IMG/VR virus record: IMGVR_UViG_2740892230_000001
Span: 1-22,636 of that record
DNA length: 22,636 nt
Origin: a virus
Taxonomy: Duplodnaviria; Heunggongvirae; Uroviricota; Caudoviricetes
Strand: one strand, 5' to 3'
The notes under the pieces are model-generated. The model ran no database searches, was not told where the DNA came from, and was given only the letters and a program-made list of their open reading frames with translations. The translations under genes and the position numbers were made by a program. Below, piece after piece: positions 6,501 through 15,614 of this stretch. Position 1 is the first letter of the stretch. Every line of letters begins with the position of its first letter.

Positions 6501-6603
6501 CCCCTTCCGGAAGGGCAACATCAAACCCAGTTTGTTCCGGCAAAACATTACCTGACGGGATCAGTCCGTTATTAAGATCTTCAGCTTGTGCATAAACTGG
6601 CAT
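3589..6603 (-). CDS. Large internal virion / ejection protein (T7 gp16-position), 1004 aa
   Basis: Last and largest gene of the gp13-14-15-16-like series. Gly/Ala-rich hydrophobic C-terminal region. Start ATG overlaps the upstream stop (TAATG). Confidence 0.55.
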   Translation of the reverse strand: MPVYAQAEDLNNGLIPSGNVLPEQTGFDVALPEGANPEPLPPEPSVWGAAMRQNNILAGFFRPARQFEPVEGYNPYADKNELHGYEYWGAKFADSRSPEETAWIKQQIDDENEDRRLLSDAGVVGTLASIAAGMDPVTVASMFIPGAQGGALARIGSQIAIGAAGTALSEVVLNNQQITRSWGESAAHVAAGAMMSGVFASAGVALSPSVRAAATREVADALDNMSITSATDRAAASLSDGGSVGAMKIDTATLDDLTPVSGGWVGKAAWKAGSYLTPLTRLMESPSKTVRKTTLELAENNFTLKGNERGIETPVAVETRTRGWRREEAAVVVGNKQAYAKYKADGGDMSFDSFRQQVGNAMRSGDVHANPVVQETAQAMRTVLNRVKVEMQKLGLLPPDEELKALGQASYFPRIYKVGKIISERDKFRRILVDWWSRGNKTLDPEDAEIAADIVINKITGAKVPQDFVSVFSVKAAGSTKERTLNVPDSLIRDYLESDVNYVLQRHIREAAAEIELTRTFGKRTMTERLQLIEDEYDSLLREVPEKIKAKYDESVANLKARYESNGEVVPQGKLDSLMRKYEKELRKEQSRLSKSRANDLRDITALRDRLVGTYGMPDDPSSFFVRAGAFLRDVNFTTKLGGMTVSAIPDLARGVMVNGFRNTMKGYASQISQSPAFKASKEEMLKMGIGLEAVLHSRSRAIGDLVDSSSRTTAVEAGMERITDAFGKLTLMDRFNDINKSMNGMLTSDGILSGAFSARRMAKLGINDNMAARIRSEFEKHGEVIDGWHIGNFDKWDDQYVAGVFQSAVLKDVNNTIITPGIGDTPLWASTPMGRTIFQFKSFTTASYNRVLLGGLQEGTAQFYYGTAFQIALGSLVYALKEASKGKNVDWSPEKLVLEGIDRSGILGPLMEYNNMAEKATGGAVGLGALFGTGTQSRYASRGFVGSLFGPSFGLADSIIDVTAGVLNGDAGDRIVHNVRTLIPGNNLFWIAPLINQVDPVMR

Positions 6604-9320
6604 TATTTAGATCCCCACGAAAAGTAATCTTTAAATTTGTCCATACGTTCGTTATGCAGGCGCTGATACTGCTCATCCAGAGCGCGATGCTTGTCTTTGA
6701 AGTTTCGTATAGCCTGTCCACGCATAATTTCTTCCTGCTCGTACTGCTCCCATTCCTGCTGCATTTTCTTATAAGGTTCCCAATCTTCTAGTGATGGTTC
6801 CCAACGCATAGGACGCCCATGTTTGTTATAAAACGGCTGGACCCGATCGATGCCATTTTCATCCTTAGTTCTTACCATAATGGCGTAATCACCATTACGA
6901 GGTGTTAACACGTCAGGGGTTATGAATAATTCTCCATTAATACGACTCTCAGGGGTTTTTGTCTCAACTACAGGAGCATTACCTGACGTGATCCCAAGCA
7001 ACGTCGGACTGGTTGTTATAATCTCTTTGCGCTCACCGTACATCAGCCGTTCTTTTTCAGCTTTCCACTGCGCCGCCTGCCAGCCTGACGGCCCATATTG
7101 ATAAAGCGCCTCCGGTGCATATTTCATAAACTGCGCTTCTCCGTTAACCTCGCTGATACTCCAGGTGCGGGCTATCTGCTGGTTGGTCATTTGCTTCGCT
7201 ACGTCAGCGTTACCACCAGCAACGCGGTAGTTAATGTCATACAGCGTCTGATAGTCATTACGGAATCTAGCTGCTTCCGGCGTCTGGTCATCCGCAGACG
7301 GATCCCAACGGAACCACTGCGCCATATTGCTGACAGCAGAATTCATCGCCTTGCTGCGATCATTTTTGTACTCTTTTGAACTCTGCGTTGATGCCAATTG
7401 AGCTTTAAGAGCATCGGTCTGGTTGTACGTAAGGTTCTGCGCCTGCTCGATAGCCGCATCAGCAGACATGCCAGAATCAGTTAGTTGCTTAACAGTCAGA
7501 TAAAAACCCTGCATATCCTTCGGCATATTTCCAATAGATGCATTGTCTGTTTCATATAACCGACTAAACAGTTCCGCCGCATTTTTAACCACTTCCTGAT
7601 TGCTGGATCGGGATACTGCTGAAAGCTGCGTGATGACCTGCGAAGGCATTATGCCAGTCTGAGCCACAAGCCGAACAACCCCATCATGAGTGGAGGCATC
7701 ATTAATACGAAAGTTCTGCGCCATTTCTGTGTAATCAGCAGCTTTCTGCATTGACTTGTTGCTTGGGTCTAATTTTTCACCTATTGTCAGCGCCTCATTG
7801 AATCTGCGTGAATCCCGTTGCGCCTGAATTGCTTCATTTGATCTCTGAAGCAATGCAGACAATTTTCCGTAAGCATCGAGTTTTAACGCATAGTGAGGAT
7901 CGTTAACCTCAGGCTTCACTTTCTGCATTTCTTCTTGCTGCTGAGAAGGAGGCAAATACTGAATTGCCTGGAATATTCTCGCGTTATCAATCGCTATATC
8001 CAGTTGATTGATTATTTTATCTGCGTTTTTTCCATACCCCCTGATGATGGTCTCCTGAGCCGGTATATAATCTGGAACCTCACCGTTATATAGCTGTGCC
8101 ATGGTGTTATTAATAGCTGGCTCAAGCTGTTCTAATATTAACTTCCTTTGCTTTTCTATCTGACTATTAGCAAGGTTATCTATTTGATAAATAGTCAGCG
8201 GATCCATTCCAGTTTTATTTTTTCTATATCGGGAAAGCCACCCTTGTGTTTCTGATGGAAGATTTCGGATAAATTCTTCTTCTGATATTTCACCTTTACG
8301 TGGATCACCGACTTTGGCGATCAGTTTATCCACGTTACCCATCCCCCAGTTATATGCTGCTCCGGTCAATATTTCGGAACCGTACTTACCATACAGTTGA
8401 TTTACATAGTCACTGGCGAGCATTTCATGCTGTTGTTCGTCAGTAGGGTTGTATTCAACGCCACGCTTGGCCGCCAGTTCTTTTCCTGTGCCCGGCATTA
8501 ACTGGTATTTCCCCTGCGCTCTCTCTCCAGAAGATGTTATCGGTCCCTCAAGAAGACTACCATCAGGATTAAAATGTCGATCACCTGATTCAACAAGGCG
8601 TATGGCACGCATGTCCATGCCTCCAGAATCATTTTTCTGAAACAGACCATTTAGCCATCCTTCTGGATTGGCAGCGGCATAATTCTTCGCCCGCATTTCT
8701 GTGGCACTGCGATCATCACTTTCTATTTCTTCCAGAATGCGTTCTTGTGACCATCCCCTGGCAGCTCCATATCTGGCAATGGCTACCATTCTGGAATTTC
8801 TGGCTAAAGTGGCAGTTTGCGGGTCATTCCAGGCATCCGCTTCATTTTGTATCCATAATTTTCTCGTTGCCTGATATTGCTCATCTTCATAGGCATTTGT
8901 CTGCCCTATCTCATGTCTGAGAACTCCAGTACTGAACTGAATTTTCTGTGTTCTGGCTTGTTGCAAAAACATATTTCTTGCTGCTTCATCAGTCAATGAA
9001 GCAGCTATTTCTTCCACATCCTGATCAAATCCAGATATGTACTCTTGCCCCTTACCAATCGCATTTTTGCCTTGTTGTGCATAAAAACCGGTTTGAGGGT
9101 TATAAAGACGTTCATTGCTGCGCTGATTAAGCTGAAGGATGGCATCCTGAGACAATGCAACATTCGCTTTCTGCCTGGCTTCACCATATGCCACCGCATA
9201 CTGATCTGCGACATTCGCCAGCACCTGACCTGCTTGAGGAACATCGAAGGTCTGAAAACCACCGGTTTGTACACCACGACTCTCAACCTGACGTCCTGAT
9301 ACTGTTGGTACGACTGGCAT
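6603..9320 (-). CDS. Internal virion protein with lytic transglycosylase domain (gp15-position), about 905 aa
   Basis: SLT-type motifs VESGDRHF ... YQLMPGT ... AAYNWG encoded at about 8300-8635. Start placed at the ATG at 9320 (GGAGG SD, TAATG overlap with the upstream stop) rather than the track start 9395. Confidence 0.7.
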   Translation of the reverse strand: MPVVPTVSGRQVESRGVQTGGFQTFDVPQAGQVLANVADQYAVAYGEARQKANVALSQDAILQLNQRSNERLYNPQTGFYAQQGKNAIGKGQEYISGFDQDVEEIAASLTDEAARNMFLQQARTQKIQFSTGVLRHEIGQTNAYEDEQYQATRKLWIQNEADAWNDPQTATLARNSRMVAIARYGAARGWSQERILEEIESDDRSATEMRAKNYAAANPEGWLNGLFQKNDSGGMDMRAIRLVESGDRHFNPDGSLLEGPITSSGERAQGKYQLMPGTGKELAAKRGVEYNPTDEQQHEMLASDYVNQLYGKYGSEILTGAAYNWGMGNVDKLIAKVGDPRKGEISEEEFIRNLPSETQGWLSRYRKNKTGMDPLTIYQIDNLANSQIEKQRKLILEQLEPAINNTMAQLYNGEVPDYIPAQETIIRGYGKNADKIINQLDIAIDNARIFQAIQYLPPSQQQEEMQKVKPEVNDPHYALKLDAYGKLSALLQRSNEAIQAQRDSRRFNEALTIGEKLDPSNKSMQKAADYTEMAQNFRINDASTHDGVVRLVAQTGIMPSQVITQLSAVSRSSNQEVVKNAAELFSRLYETDNASIGNMPKDMQGFYLTVKQLTDSGMSADAAIEQAQNLTYNQTDALKAQLASTQSSKEYKNDRSKAMNSAVSNMAQWFRWDPSADDQTPEAARFRNDYQTLYDINYRVAGGNADVAKQMTNQQIARTWSISEVNGEAQFMKYAPEALYQYGPSGWQAAQWKAEKERLMYGERKEIITTSPTLLGITSGNAPVVETKTPESRINGELFITPDVLTPRNGDYAIMVRTKDENGIDRVQPFYNKHGRPMRWEPSLEDWEPYKKMQQEWEQYEQEEIMRGQAIRNFKDKHRALDEQYQRLHNERMDKFKDYFSWGSK

Positions 9321-9865
9321 TATAATCCTCCGGGTAATCTGGTTCCTGCTGCTGCCCCGATTGGCGCAGGGGTGCTTTGAGTAAACGGACTCCACGTCCC
9401 ACCAAACATCTGGTACGCACCGTATGCCTTCAGAGGCGCAGTGAGCAATGTTGTTGCTGCTCCCACATTCCCCTGTTTACGGGCTGAACTGGCTTCTGCT
9501 TTATAGTTGGCAGCCTGAACCTGATAACCGTAAGCCTCGCGTTGCGCGTTATTCACCGTCGTCAGAGAATCAAGAGCGCCAAACTGGGCAGCGTCGCCAA
9601 ATATATCCAGCGCATTACCGGTAGATAAATCAGCGCCGGTCGCCCCCATTGTCGCCGCCTGTGTACCAAGCCGCTGTCGGGTCTCTCTGCGCCGTTGCTC
9701 AGCTTCAGCGTTACCCCTGTTTATTGCATCATTTGCCTGAGCAGTGGCTATATCTGCGTTCGCTTCTGCAACCTTCGAGGCATATTTTCCCTGTTGGTAC
9801 TGGGTGTATGCCTGAATGCCACTCATGGCGAGCATTGCGCCACCAGCAATAACCGGATCGCACAT
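9320..9865 (-). CDS. Internal virion protein B-like (T7 gp14-like), 181 aa
   Basis: Begins MC... with an Ala/Gln-rich N-terminus and an APIGAAAG C-terminus, reminiscent of recalled T7 gp14 (MCWAAAIPIAISGAQ...APIVAAKG). Position between gp13-like and the large core proteins. Confidence 0.55.
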   Translation of the reverse strand: MCDPVIAGGAMLAMSGIQAYTQYQQGKYASKVAEANADIATAQANDAINRGNAEAEQRRRETRQRLGTQAATMGATGADLSTGNALDIFGDAAQFGALDSLTTVNNAQREAYGYQVQAANYKAEASSARKQGNVGAATTLLTAPLKAYGAYQMFGGTWSPFTQSTPAPIGAAAGTRLPGGL

Positions 9866-10329
9866 TATTTTCTCTCCATGTGAAATCTGTGGAAATTAAG
9901 ACCAAGAGCACCATAAGGCGCGGCTTCTTCAAGCCTGAATCCAAGCCAGTGCAACCATGCTTTGGCAACATGGTTTCGCTCGTCGACGTAGTTTTCCAGG
10001 CGCGGATAAACTGCCAGCATCTGCTGCAATACAGGTCGGCAGTGGCGAAGAAATGTCTTCTGATATTTTTCAATACGGCTGGTCCCGACAAGCCAGGGCG
10101 TACCATTGCCACCGATCATTGACGCCGGAGATACGCCAAACATGGTTACCAGTTCTCCGTTCGCGAACCCTGACCAGGCCATAGTCGCAGTGCGCAGACC
10201 AACACGCAGCGCATCTTCGGTAGTCATCAGCGATACCGCATACAGTTCGTCAATATCAGCCTGACGAACATCCGGCAAAATCATCTGAAGATGCTCTTCG
10301 GTAGCGGGAATAATTTGAACATCGATCAT
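9865..10329 (-). CDS. Small virion assembly / internal protein (gp13-position), 154 aa
   Basis: Assigned by position and translational coupling only; no recognisable motif. Confidence 0.35.
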   Translation of the reverse strand: MIDVQIIPATEEHLQMILPDVRQADIDELYAVSLMTTEDALRVGLRTATMAWSGFANGELVTMFGVSPASMIGGNGTPWLVGTSRIEKYQKTFLRHCRPVLQQMLAVYPRLENYVDERNHVAKAWLHWLGFRLEEAAPYGALGLNFHRFHMERK

Positions 10330-12800
10330 CAGAATCCCCCAACAGTAAGGCGAGGAATAACGGCAAGAACAGACAGCGGCAACGGGTCAAGCTGACGGAT
10401 TTTTACACGTCCGTTTTTGCCCCAGTTACTGTCCAGTTTCACTTCTACTTTTCCGGTAGCATCATCAACAGGATCATCGTAGAACTCGAATTCTCGCTGT
10501 GGATATTCGTACCATTTACCGCCGGGCGTAGTCGCCCAGATGCCGCGACTGGCATTCACAACCAGAGTAACTGACGGGATCACCTGTTTTTTGTCCAGCA
10601 GCGTTTCCTGTCCGCTAATGTTGATATCCAGTGTTTCGAATTCAGCAGTTATTGGCAGGCCGATGTGCACTACAGCCCCCGGAGATTCCAGCGTGACGGT
10701 ACCTCCGGAAACTACTTTCTGTGGTTCCACGTTCGCATCAGAGAGAATGTTTACGGTCTGGCCTTCAAGATGAGACAGGCCTCCAAATGTCCGGCGCGCC
10801 ATCTGCCAGTTCGTGGTGGCCACATTCCTGAGGGATGACGGGACGTTCCTGTTAGCACGAACCACTACTGCGGTATTGCTGGTTACAGAAATAATGTCGC
10901 AACGTAATTCTTTTGACACTTCATCGCCAGTATCAGGATCAGTTCCGGTATAAGGGAACTGTAGTTGCGCGCCGACATCACTACTGGTGAAGTACGCACC
11001 ACCAGAAACACTGATTGTATATTCCGCACGGTAATCCCATTCACCAGAACCACCAGTGATGGTCATCGTTCTGTCAGACGTATTTCTTCCATCATAACTA
11101 AGGCCAGAATCAACAAAGAAAGCATCTTCATCGCTGGTAAATAAACGGCTGGACAGTCGCTCGATGTATCTCACTGTTTGCCCGTTAACGGTTCGGTTAA
11201 CGACGAAATACACCGCATCTTCATTGCCTTCGCTGATACTGCATGTGCTTTCATATTTTCCGGTACTGGATTGTGGTGCCCATGCAAAAACCTGCTGATC
11301 ACGCAAATAGGTCATCACCAGTAATTTACCGTCATCACGAATGCAGAAGGCGCTGGAGTAAGGGACAATAGAGAAGCACCAGTCAACAATGCTGTGCTTC
11401 TGAAAAAGATGATTGGCAAGGATGGTCAGGTCGTTCCCCTGATAGCCGTCAACATCGAATGAGTAGGCCAGATCACGGACAACACTGCCTTTCTCCTGGA
11501 CGAACAGAGCAATATTCGCCACGGCAATTGGTGGGACATTGCTCGAGCCATTTGATCCTTGAGAGCTGAATGCAAATGATGATGGGGTTAACACTTTGTT
11601 CTGGTCGCCGGTGATGACGTACTCACCTCCGGAAGTCAGTGCCACCAGCGAACCGACATCAATCAGGTGGCGGATCTCATTAACCTGACGCCCGGCATAG
11701 GTGTAGATAATTCTGTCGTCATCCTGCGTAGGATTGCTTTTGCCAAAATCCTTATAATCCCCAGTACGGCTGGCCCAGATAGTCTGAGGGAACGCAGTAG
11801 ATGCGGCGAAGTAAAGACGTTGTTGATAATAAACAACAGTGCCAGGATAACCATTAACACTGTTCCAGGCATATTTAGCCCATTTATAGCTAGCATTATC
11901 CTCGCCAACTACCTGAGAAGGGATATAGGAAATCACCTCGGCAGTTGCAGTAGTTCCATTTGCAGCAGTGATACGGGCAATGCCAAAACCACTGTGCAGA
12001 TATTCCCACTCAATGCCAGTATCATCATCTCCGGATCCGCCCCAGCCATCCCATGATGTGCCTTCTGTATGCGAAGGGCGCAAAGTGCCTGTTTTACCTG
12101 CCGTAACAGCGCGATAGTAGTTACTGTCTGCACGGCGAATATCGCCAATCGACGTACTCTTACTGGTTTCCCATACCGGTACTGAATCCACTGCTGGCTG
12201 TTCCAGATAGAACAATTTGCCTACCTGTTCCGCGCCAAAAATAGAGGCGTTTGCCGTTAACGTAATTGTCCCGGTGCTGGCGCTGGCATAAACCGTCACT
12301 GACTCGTCAATATTGATATCTTCAAATGGCCCGTTCTTCGTTACCACATCAACAAGTTGCCAGTTGTCATGCGCATAGCGCCGCAACTCTTTCGGCGGGT
12401 ATGCCGGGTGAACCAGCGTAAGCACGTCAGCGCTTTGCGTGAATTTAATTCGGAACAGATCGGCTTCAGTATATGGCGTGGCAATTTCATAAATAACATT
12501 GCTGCTGTTCAGCACCAACGCACCATCTTTGATAACGCGCATGTACTGGTGTCCGAACTCCAGAGCATAAGTCTGAACCGTCGAGAACTGGAACGGGATC
12601 AGGCGGCATTTCCGATTTGGGTATTTGGCGGCACCGACAAAACGCGTACCAGGTCGATTCTCAACGCCGCCATACTGCCGCACGATAAAGTTATCGCACT
12701 TGCGCAATGCCACCTGGTACTTCGCCATGTCGATACGACCGTACAACGACGGTCCAATCTCACCACCGGCAAAGCTGGGCTGGATCCAACTGATAGCCAT
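10329..12800 (-). CDS. Tail tubular protein B-like (T7 gp12-position), 823 aa
   Basis: Size and position immediately after the gp11-like gene match the T7 layout (794 aa); coupled start and stop. Sequence-level homology not verified. Confidence 0.5.
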   Translation of the reverse strand: MAISWIQPSFAGGEIGPSLYGRIDMAKYQVALRKCDNFIVRQYGGVENRPGTRFVGAAKYPNRKCRLIPFQFSTVQTYALEFGHQYMRVIKDGALVLNSSNVIYEIATPYTEADLFRIKFTQSADVLTLVHPAYPPKELRRYAHDNWQLVDVVTKNGPFEDINIDESVTVYASASTGTITLTANASIFGAEQVGKLFYLEQPAVDSVPVWETSKSTSIGDIRRADSNYYRAVTAGKTGTLRPSHTEGTSWDGWGGSGDDDTGIEWEYLHSGFGIARITAANGTTATAEVISYIPSQVVGEDNASYKWAKYAWNSVNGYPGTVVYYQQRLYFAASTAFPQTIWASRTGDYKDFGKSNPTQDDDRIIYTYAGRQVNEIRHLIDVGSLVALTSGGEYVITGDQNKVLTPSSFAFSSQGSNGSSNVPPIAVANIALFVQEKGSVVRDLAYSFDVDGYQGNDLTILANHLFQKHSIVDWCFSIVPYSSAFCIRDDGKLLVMTYLRDQQVFAWAPQSSTGKYESTCSISEGNEDAVYFVVNRTVNGQTVRYIERLSSRLFTSDEDAFFVDSGLSYDGRNTSDRTMTITGGSGEWDYRAEYTISVSGGAYFTSSDVGAQLQFPYTGTDPDTGDEVSKELRCDIISVTSNTAVVVRANRNVPSSLRNVATTNWQMARRTFGGLSHLEGQTVNILSDANVEPQKVVSGGTVTLESPGAVVHIGLPITAEFETLDINISGQETLLDKKQVIPSVTLVVNASRGIWATTPGGKWYEYPQREFEFYDDPVDDATGKVEVKLDSNWGKNGRVKIRQLDPLPLSVLAVIPRLTVGGF

Positions 12801-13408
12801 CAGGACAACCTCGCAATGGTAAACTCGTCAACCGGTGGCTGTGGTTCCTGTGATTCATTCTGGCTATGCGAGCCAGCACTAAGAATCACGCGATTGTACA
12901 TATTGAGGGCAAACGTACCGAGGTCTGCATTCCCAGTCAGCGCCATGTTAATAGCTGCCGCAAGACGCCAGGCCAACGCCTCCATAAAAATGGCATCAAA
13001 CATGTTCACATCTGAAACGCGAGATACATACTTGAGCCATGCCTGCGGCTGGTCTGTGTAGATCAACTTTCCTGTTCCGTTGGTGTCTGCACCAACTTCG
13101 TACTGAACGCGCATTGCTGCTGTTGGATTGCGTACACCAGGAAGCATAATTTCAGTAATGCGCAGACAATCGGACGGGTACTGGTACGCATATTCCCAGT
13201 CAGGCGGTGGATTGCTCGTATCTGCAAGCGCCACGCGTTTGGTAGCAAAGTTCCAGTCAAAATCAGAAAGAACAGCATCACGGCAGGCCTCAAAGTGCAG
13301 CGAACATTCCCCCGCTTCCTTGCTGGCTTCCGTCAGGCTGTTAATGCTGCGACTGTTGCCAATATTGGACAGCGCACGATTACAGATCTCTACTACAGAG
13401 GCCATCAC
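12800..13408 (-). CDS. Tail tubular protein A-like (T7 gp11-like adaptor), 202 aa
   Basis: N-terminus ICNRALSNIGNSRSINSLTE parallels recalled T7 gp11 (VNDILASIGEPPVSTLEG); size 202 vs 196 aa; position before the gp12-like gene. Confidence 0.5.
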   Translation of the reverse strand: MMASVVEICNRALSNIGNSRSINSLTEASKEAGECSLHFEACRDAVLSDFDWNFATKRVALADTSNPPPDWEYAYQYPSDCLRITEIMLPGVRNPTAAMRVQYEVGADTNGTGKLIYTDQPQAWLKYVSRVSDVNMFDAIFMEALAWRLAAAINMALTGNADLGTFALNMYNRVILSAGSHSQNESQEPQPPVDEFTIARLS

Positions 13409-13734
13409 TCACCTCCGTTACCGTACAGAGTTTCAGCCGCTGATTTTTCTACACCCCCGGAAACAGGAGCGATCGCCATATCAGTGATCTGCAGATCGGC
13501 GCTGCGATTGACACCATCGTCAGTTTCTCTGGCAGACAGGCCTCGAATAACAGCCTTTGCAGTTATCATCACTTCCGTTCCGACGCCCTTAGGTTGCGCC
13601 TTCAGCTTATTCAATGTGTCGTTATTAAGAGTGATGCACAGCCCCCATGGGTATTCATCGCGAGTTCTGGTTTCTCCGCTCTCATCCTGGTAGCTGTCAG
13701 TGCCGGTTTTGAGGTTTACGAGTTCCATATACAC
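13405..13734 (-). CDS. Hypothetical virion-region protein, 109 aa
   Basis: Track ORF; 4-nt overlap with the downstream gp11-like start; in the late operon. Confidence 0.5.
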   Translation of the reverse strand: MYMELVNLKTGTDSYQDESGETRTRDEYPWGLCITLNNDTLNKLKAQPKGVGTEVMITAKAVIRGLSARETDDGVNRSADLQITDMAIAPVSGGVEKSAAETLYGNGGE

Positions 13735-13778
13735 TCCTGCAATAAAGGGGCCGAAGCCCCTTGTCTGATTCGCGAGGC

Positions 13779-14123
13779 TTACACGCCCAGTTCTTTACGC
13801 TTATCTGCGATCTTCTCGCGGAGCGTTTCAGCTTTGGCGTTATGGTGTGGCTTCTCGTTAAAGAGCAATTCGTACTCTTCACGGAGCTTATCCAGTTCAC
13901 CATCATCTGACACATCGTTGATGATTTTGGTGCTGGTTGCTGCCATTGACACCTTTCCTGCAACTTTTGCTTTTGCCTGTCTGGCTGCATCGTTAACAGG
14001 TTCCAGTGCGCTACCAGGCTCACCTTCGTATTCGATTTCTGCCCCCTCCGGCCACAGAGTGTTATGGATATGAGAGAGGCGCAGAACGCGGTATCTTGGT
14101 TTCTCACCTGACATCGATATCAC
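13779..14123 (-). CDS. Hypothetical virion-region protein, 114 aa (possible capsid decoration or assembly protein)
   Basis: Track ORF between the capsid and tail-tube genes; charged, helix-prone C-terminus. Confidence 0.45.
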   Translation of the reverse strand: MISMSGEKPRYRVLRLSHIHNTLWPEGAEIEYEGEPGSALEPVNDAARQAKAKVAGKVSMAATSTKIINDVSDDGELDKLREEYELLFNEKPHHNAKAETLREKIADKRKELGV

Positions 14124-14124
14124 C

Positions 14125-14562
14125 TTAACCAGTTACTTTTGAGCGGATCGGATACGGCGTATTGGCATCAACATCAAGACTGATACCAGCAGTGAATTCG
14201 CCAGCCGTTAGTGGGCCAGTTGCGACGGAGTAGTTAACACGCAGATATCGCTGAACACCGGCAGGCACCTTTGCAGAAACAACTCGTTTACCTGCTGTCA
14301 GGGCGGTCTTTGCCAGTGCGCCACTATCATAAATAGTGGTCCATGAGCTGTTATTCTCACTCGTCTGCAACTGGATGTTTACAGTTGCATCACCGCTTGC
14401 CGCGGCGGCTGTGTTAACCAGCGCCCAAAACTCAAGCGGGTAACCCACGCCGATATCACGACGTTTTCCGTCAATTGGACCGAGATCGATTACGTCAGTA
14501 GAAGCCGCGGTATTCGTAACCGCCTGAGCTTCGGAGAACATCAACAGTTTGTCGGTGATCAT
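14125..14562 (-). CDS. Hypothetical virion protein, 145 aa, Thr/Ala/Ser-rich and beta-rich (possible capsid-associated protein)
   Basis: Track ORF immediately downstream of the major capsid gene; GGAGAAAG SD before the ATG. Confidence 0.5.
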   Translation of the reverse strand: MITDKLLMFSEAQAVTNTAASTDVIDLGPIDGKRRDIGVGYPLEFWALVNTAAAASGDATVNIQLQTSENNSSWTTIYDSGALAKTALTAGKRVVSAKVPAGVQRYLRVNYSVATGPLTAGEFTAGISLDVDANTPYPIRSKVTG

Positions 14563-14577
14563 CTTCTTTCTCCATTA

Positions 14578-14597
14578 GTGGGTCTGTTACGACCCAC
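14578..14597 (-). promoter_or_regulatory. Stem-loop directly after the major capsid gene (GTGGGTC-loop-GACCCAC)
   Basis: 7-bp perfect stem between the capsid stop (14614-14616) and the next start; no U-tract, so probably an RNA stability or partial-termination element. Confidence 0.35.
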
Positions 14598-14613
14598 AGG
14601 TTAATAACAGGCG

Positions 14614-15606
14614 TTACACCACACGGGCTTCTGTTTCCAGAAGCGCATCAGTCTCACGGATTGGTACACCACGGAATGAAGTCCACCACTCGCCTTCTGT
14701 CTCTTTTACGCTGATCGCCAGAGATGTTTTCTCCAGAGATTGCAGATCAAGAGCCTGGCCTACAGTGCGGTTCATGTAGAACACCGGGCGGCCCATGCCA
14801 CGGTTTGGAATGCGATGCAGTGCTTTAACCATCAACTTCGCAATATTTGCTGCAGAGGAAGGTTCTGAAAGATTGCTGACATCGATGTTTGCAATGCGAA
14901 CAACATAACGCCAGTCACGCAGAGCAAGCCCGTTGTCCCATTTGTAATGGGTACGGTAGCCTTCGTACTTGCCGCCATTCGCATCTTCCAGTGTCACCTG
15001 GCCTTTATCTTCCATCTGGATGCCAGCCTTCTGCCCTTTCGGGAAGATGCCATGCACGGTGTTTTCGCCCCACACCACTAACCAGATAGAGGTGTTATCT
15101 GTACCCGTGCCACCAGCATCAATGATGTTCTGAGCATTACCCGCAGACAGGCTGGAATAGCGGGAGGACAGTCCCATAAACTGCTGAGGGTTAACGCTGG
15201 AATCACCATAAAACAGCGTCTGCGCCATCTGCTGATTCATCGCTTCAATAAATGCGCGGTCTTCAGACAGGCGGAATTCGGCGGTATTGCCGTTCAGATC
15301 AGCCAGTGACTTATCGACTTCAGCATAGGTTTCCAGCATGCCAACGGAATCGGTCACCTGCACTGTGGTTGATTTGCTTGGCTGTACGCCATAGTTCAGC
15401 AAACGCCAGGTAGCTGAAGGTAAACCAGAACGAATGGTGGTTCGGTGTCCGGTAGGAAGGTTCCCTTCGACAAAAGGCATATCCTGAAGGATCGGGTTAG
15501 TTTGACCGAGAAGCTCGATAATCTTATCGACTTTCCCGTTTGGATCGACGCGCTTACCCCAGTCAGCCAGCGTTAGCGCAGTTAAGCCTTTAACAGCCAT
15601 TGTCAT
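14614..15606 (-). CDS. Major capsid protein, 328-330 aa
   Basis: Size and position after the scaffold gene. Strong SD GAGAGGAA; the ATG at 15600 is better spaced than the one at 15606. Followed by a stem-loop. Confidence 0.65.
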   Translation of the reverse strand: MTMAVKGLTALTLADWGKRVDPNGKVDKIIELLGQTNPILQDMPFVEGNLPTGHRTTIRSGLPSATWRLLNYGVQPSKSTTVQVTDSVGMLETYAEVDKSLADLNGNTAEFRLSEDRAFIEAMNQQMAQTLFYGDSSVNPQQFMGLSSRYSSLSAGNAQNIIDAGGTGTDNTSIWLVVWGENTVHGIFPKGQKAGIQMEDKGQVTLEDANGGKYEGYRTHYKWDNGLALRDWRYVVRIANIDVSNLSEPSSAANIAKLMVKALHRIPNRGMGRPVFYMNRTVGQALDLQSLEKTSLAISVKETEGEWWTSFRGVPIRETDALLETEARVV

Positions 15607-15614
15607 TTCCTCTC

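Noticed and set aside
9321-9395. Upstream start for the gp15-position gene at 9395
   Set aside because: It would overlap the gp14-like gene by 76 nt. The ATG at 9320 has a GGAGG SD and the same TAATG stop-start overlap used at the neighbouring junctions.
12357-13061. 234-aa plus-strand ORF inside the tail tube genes
   Set aside because: It is entirely antisense to the tightly coupled gp11/gp12-like genes and has no SD; long antisense ORFs are expected in GC-balanced coding sequence. The same applies to 16732..17469, 15600..16181, 20476..20982 and the other plus-strand ORFs embedded in the minus-strand structural operon.
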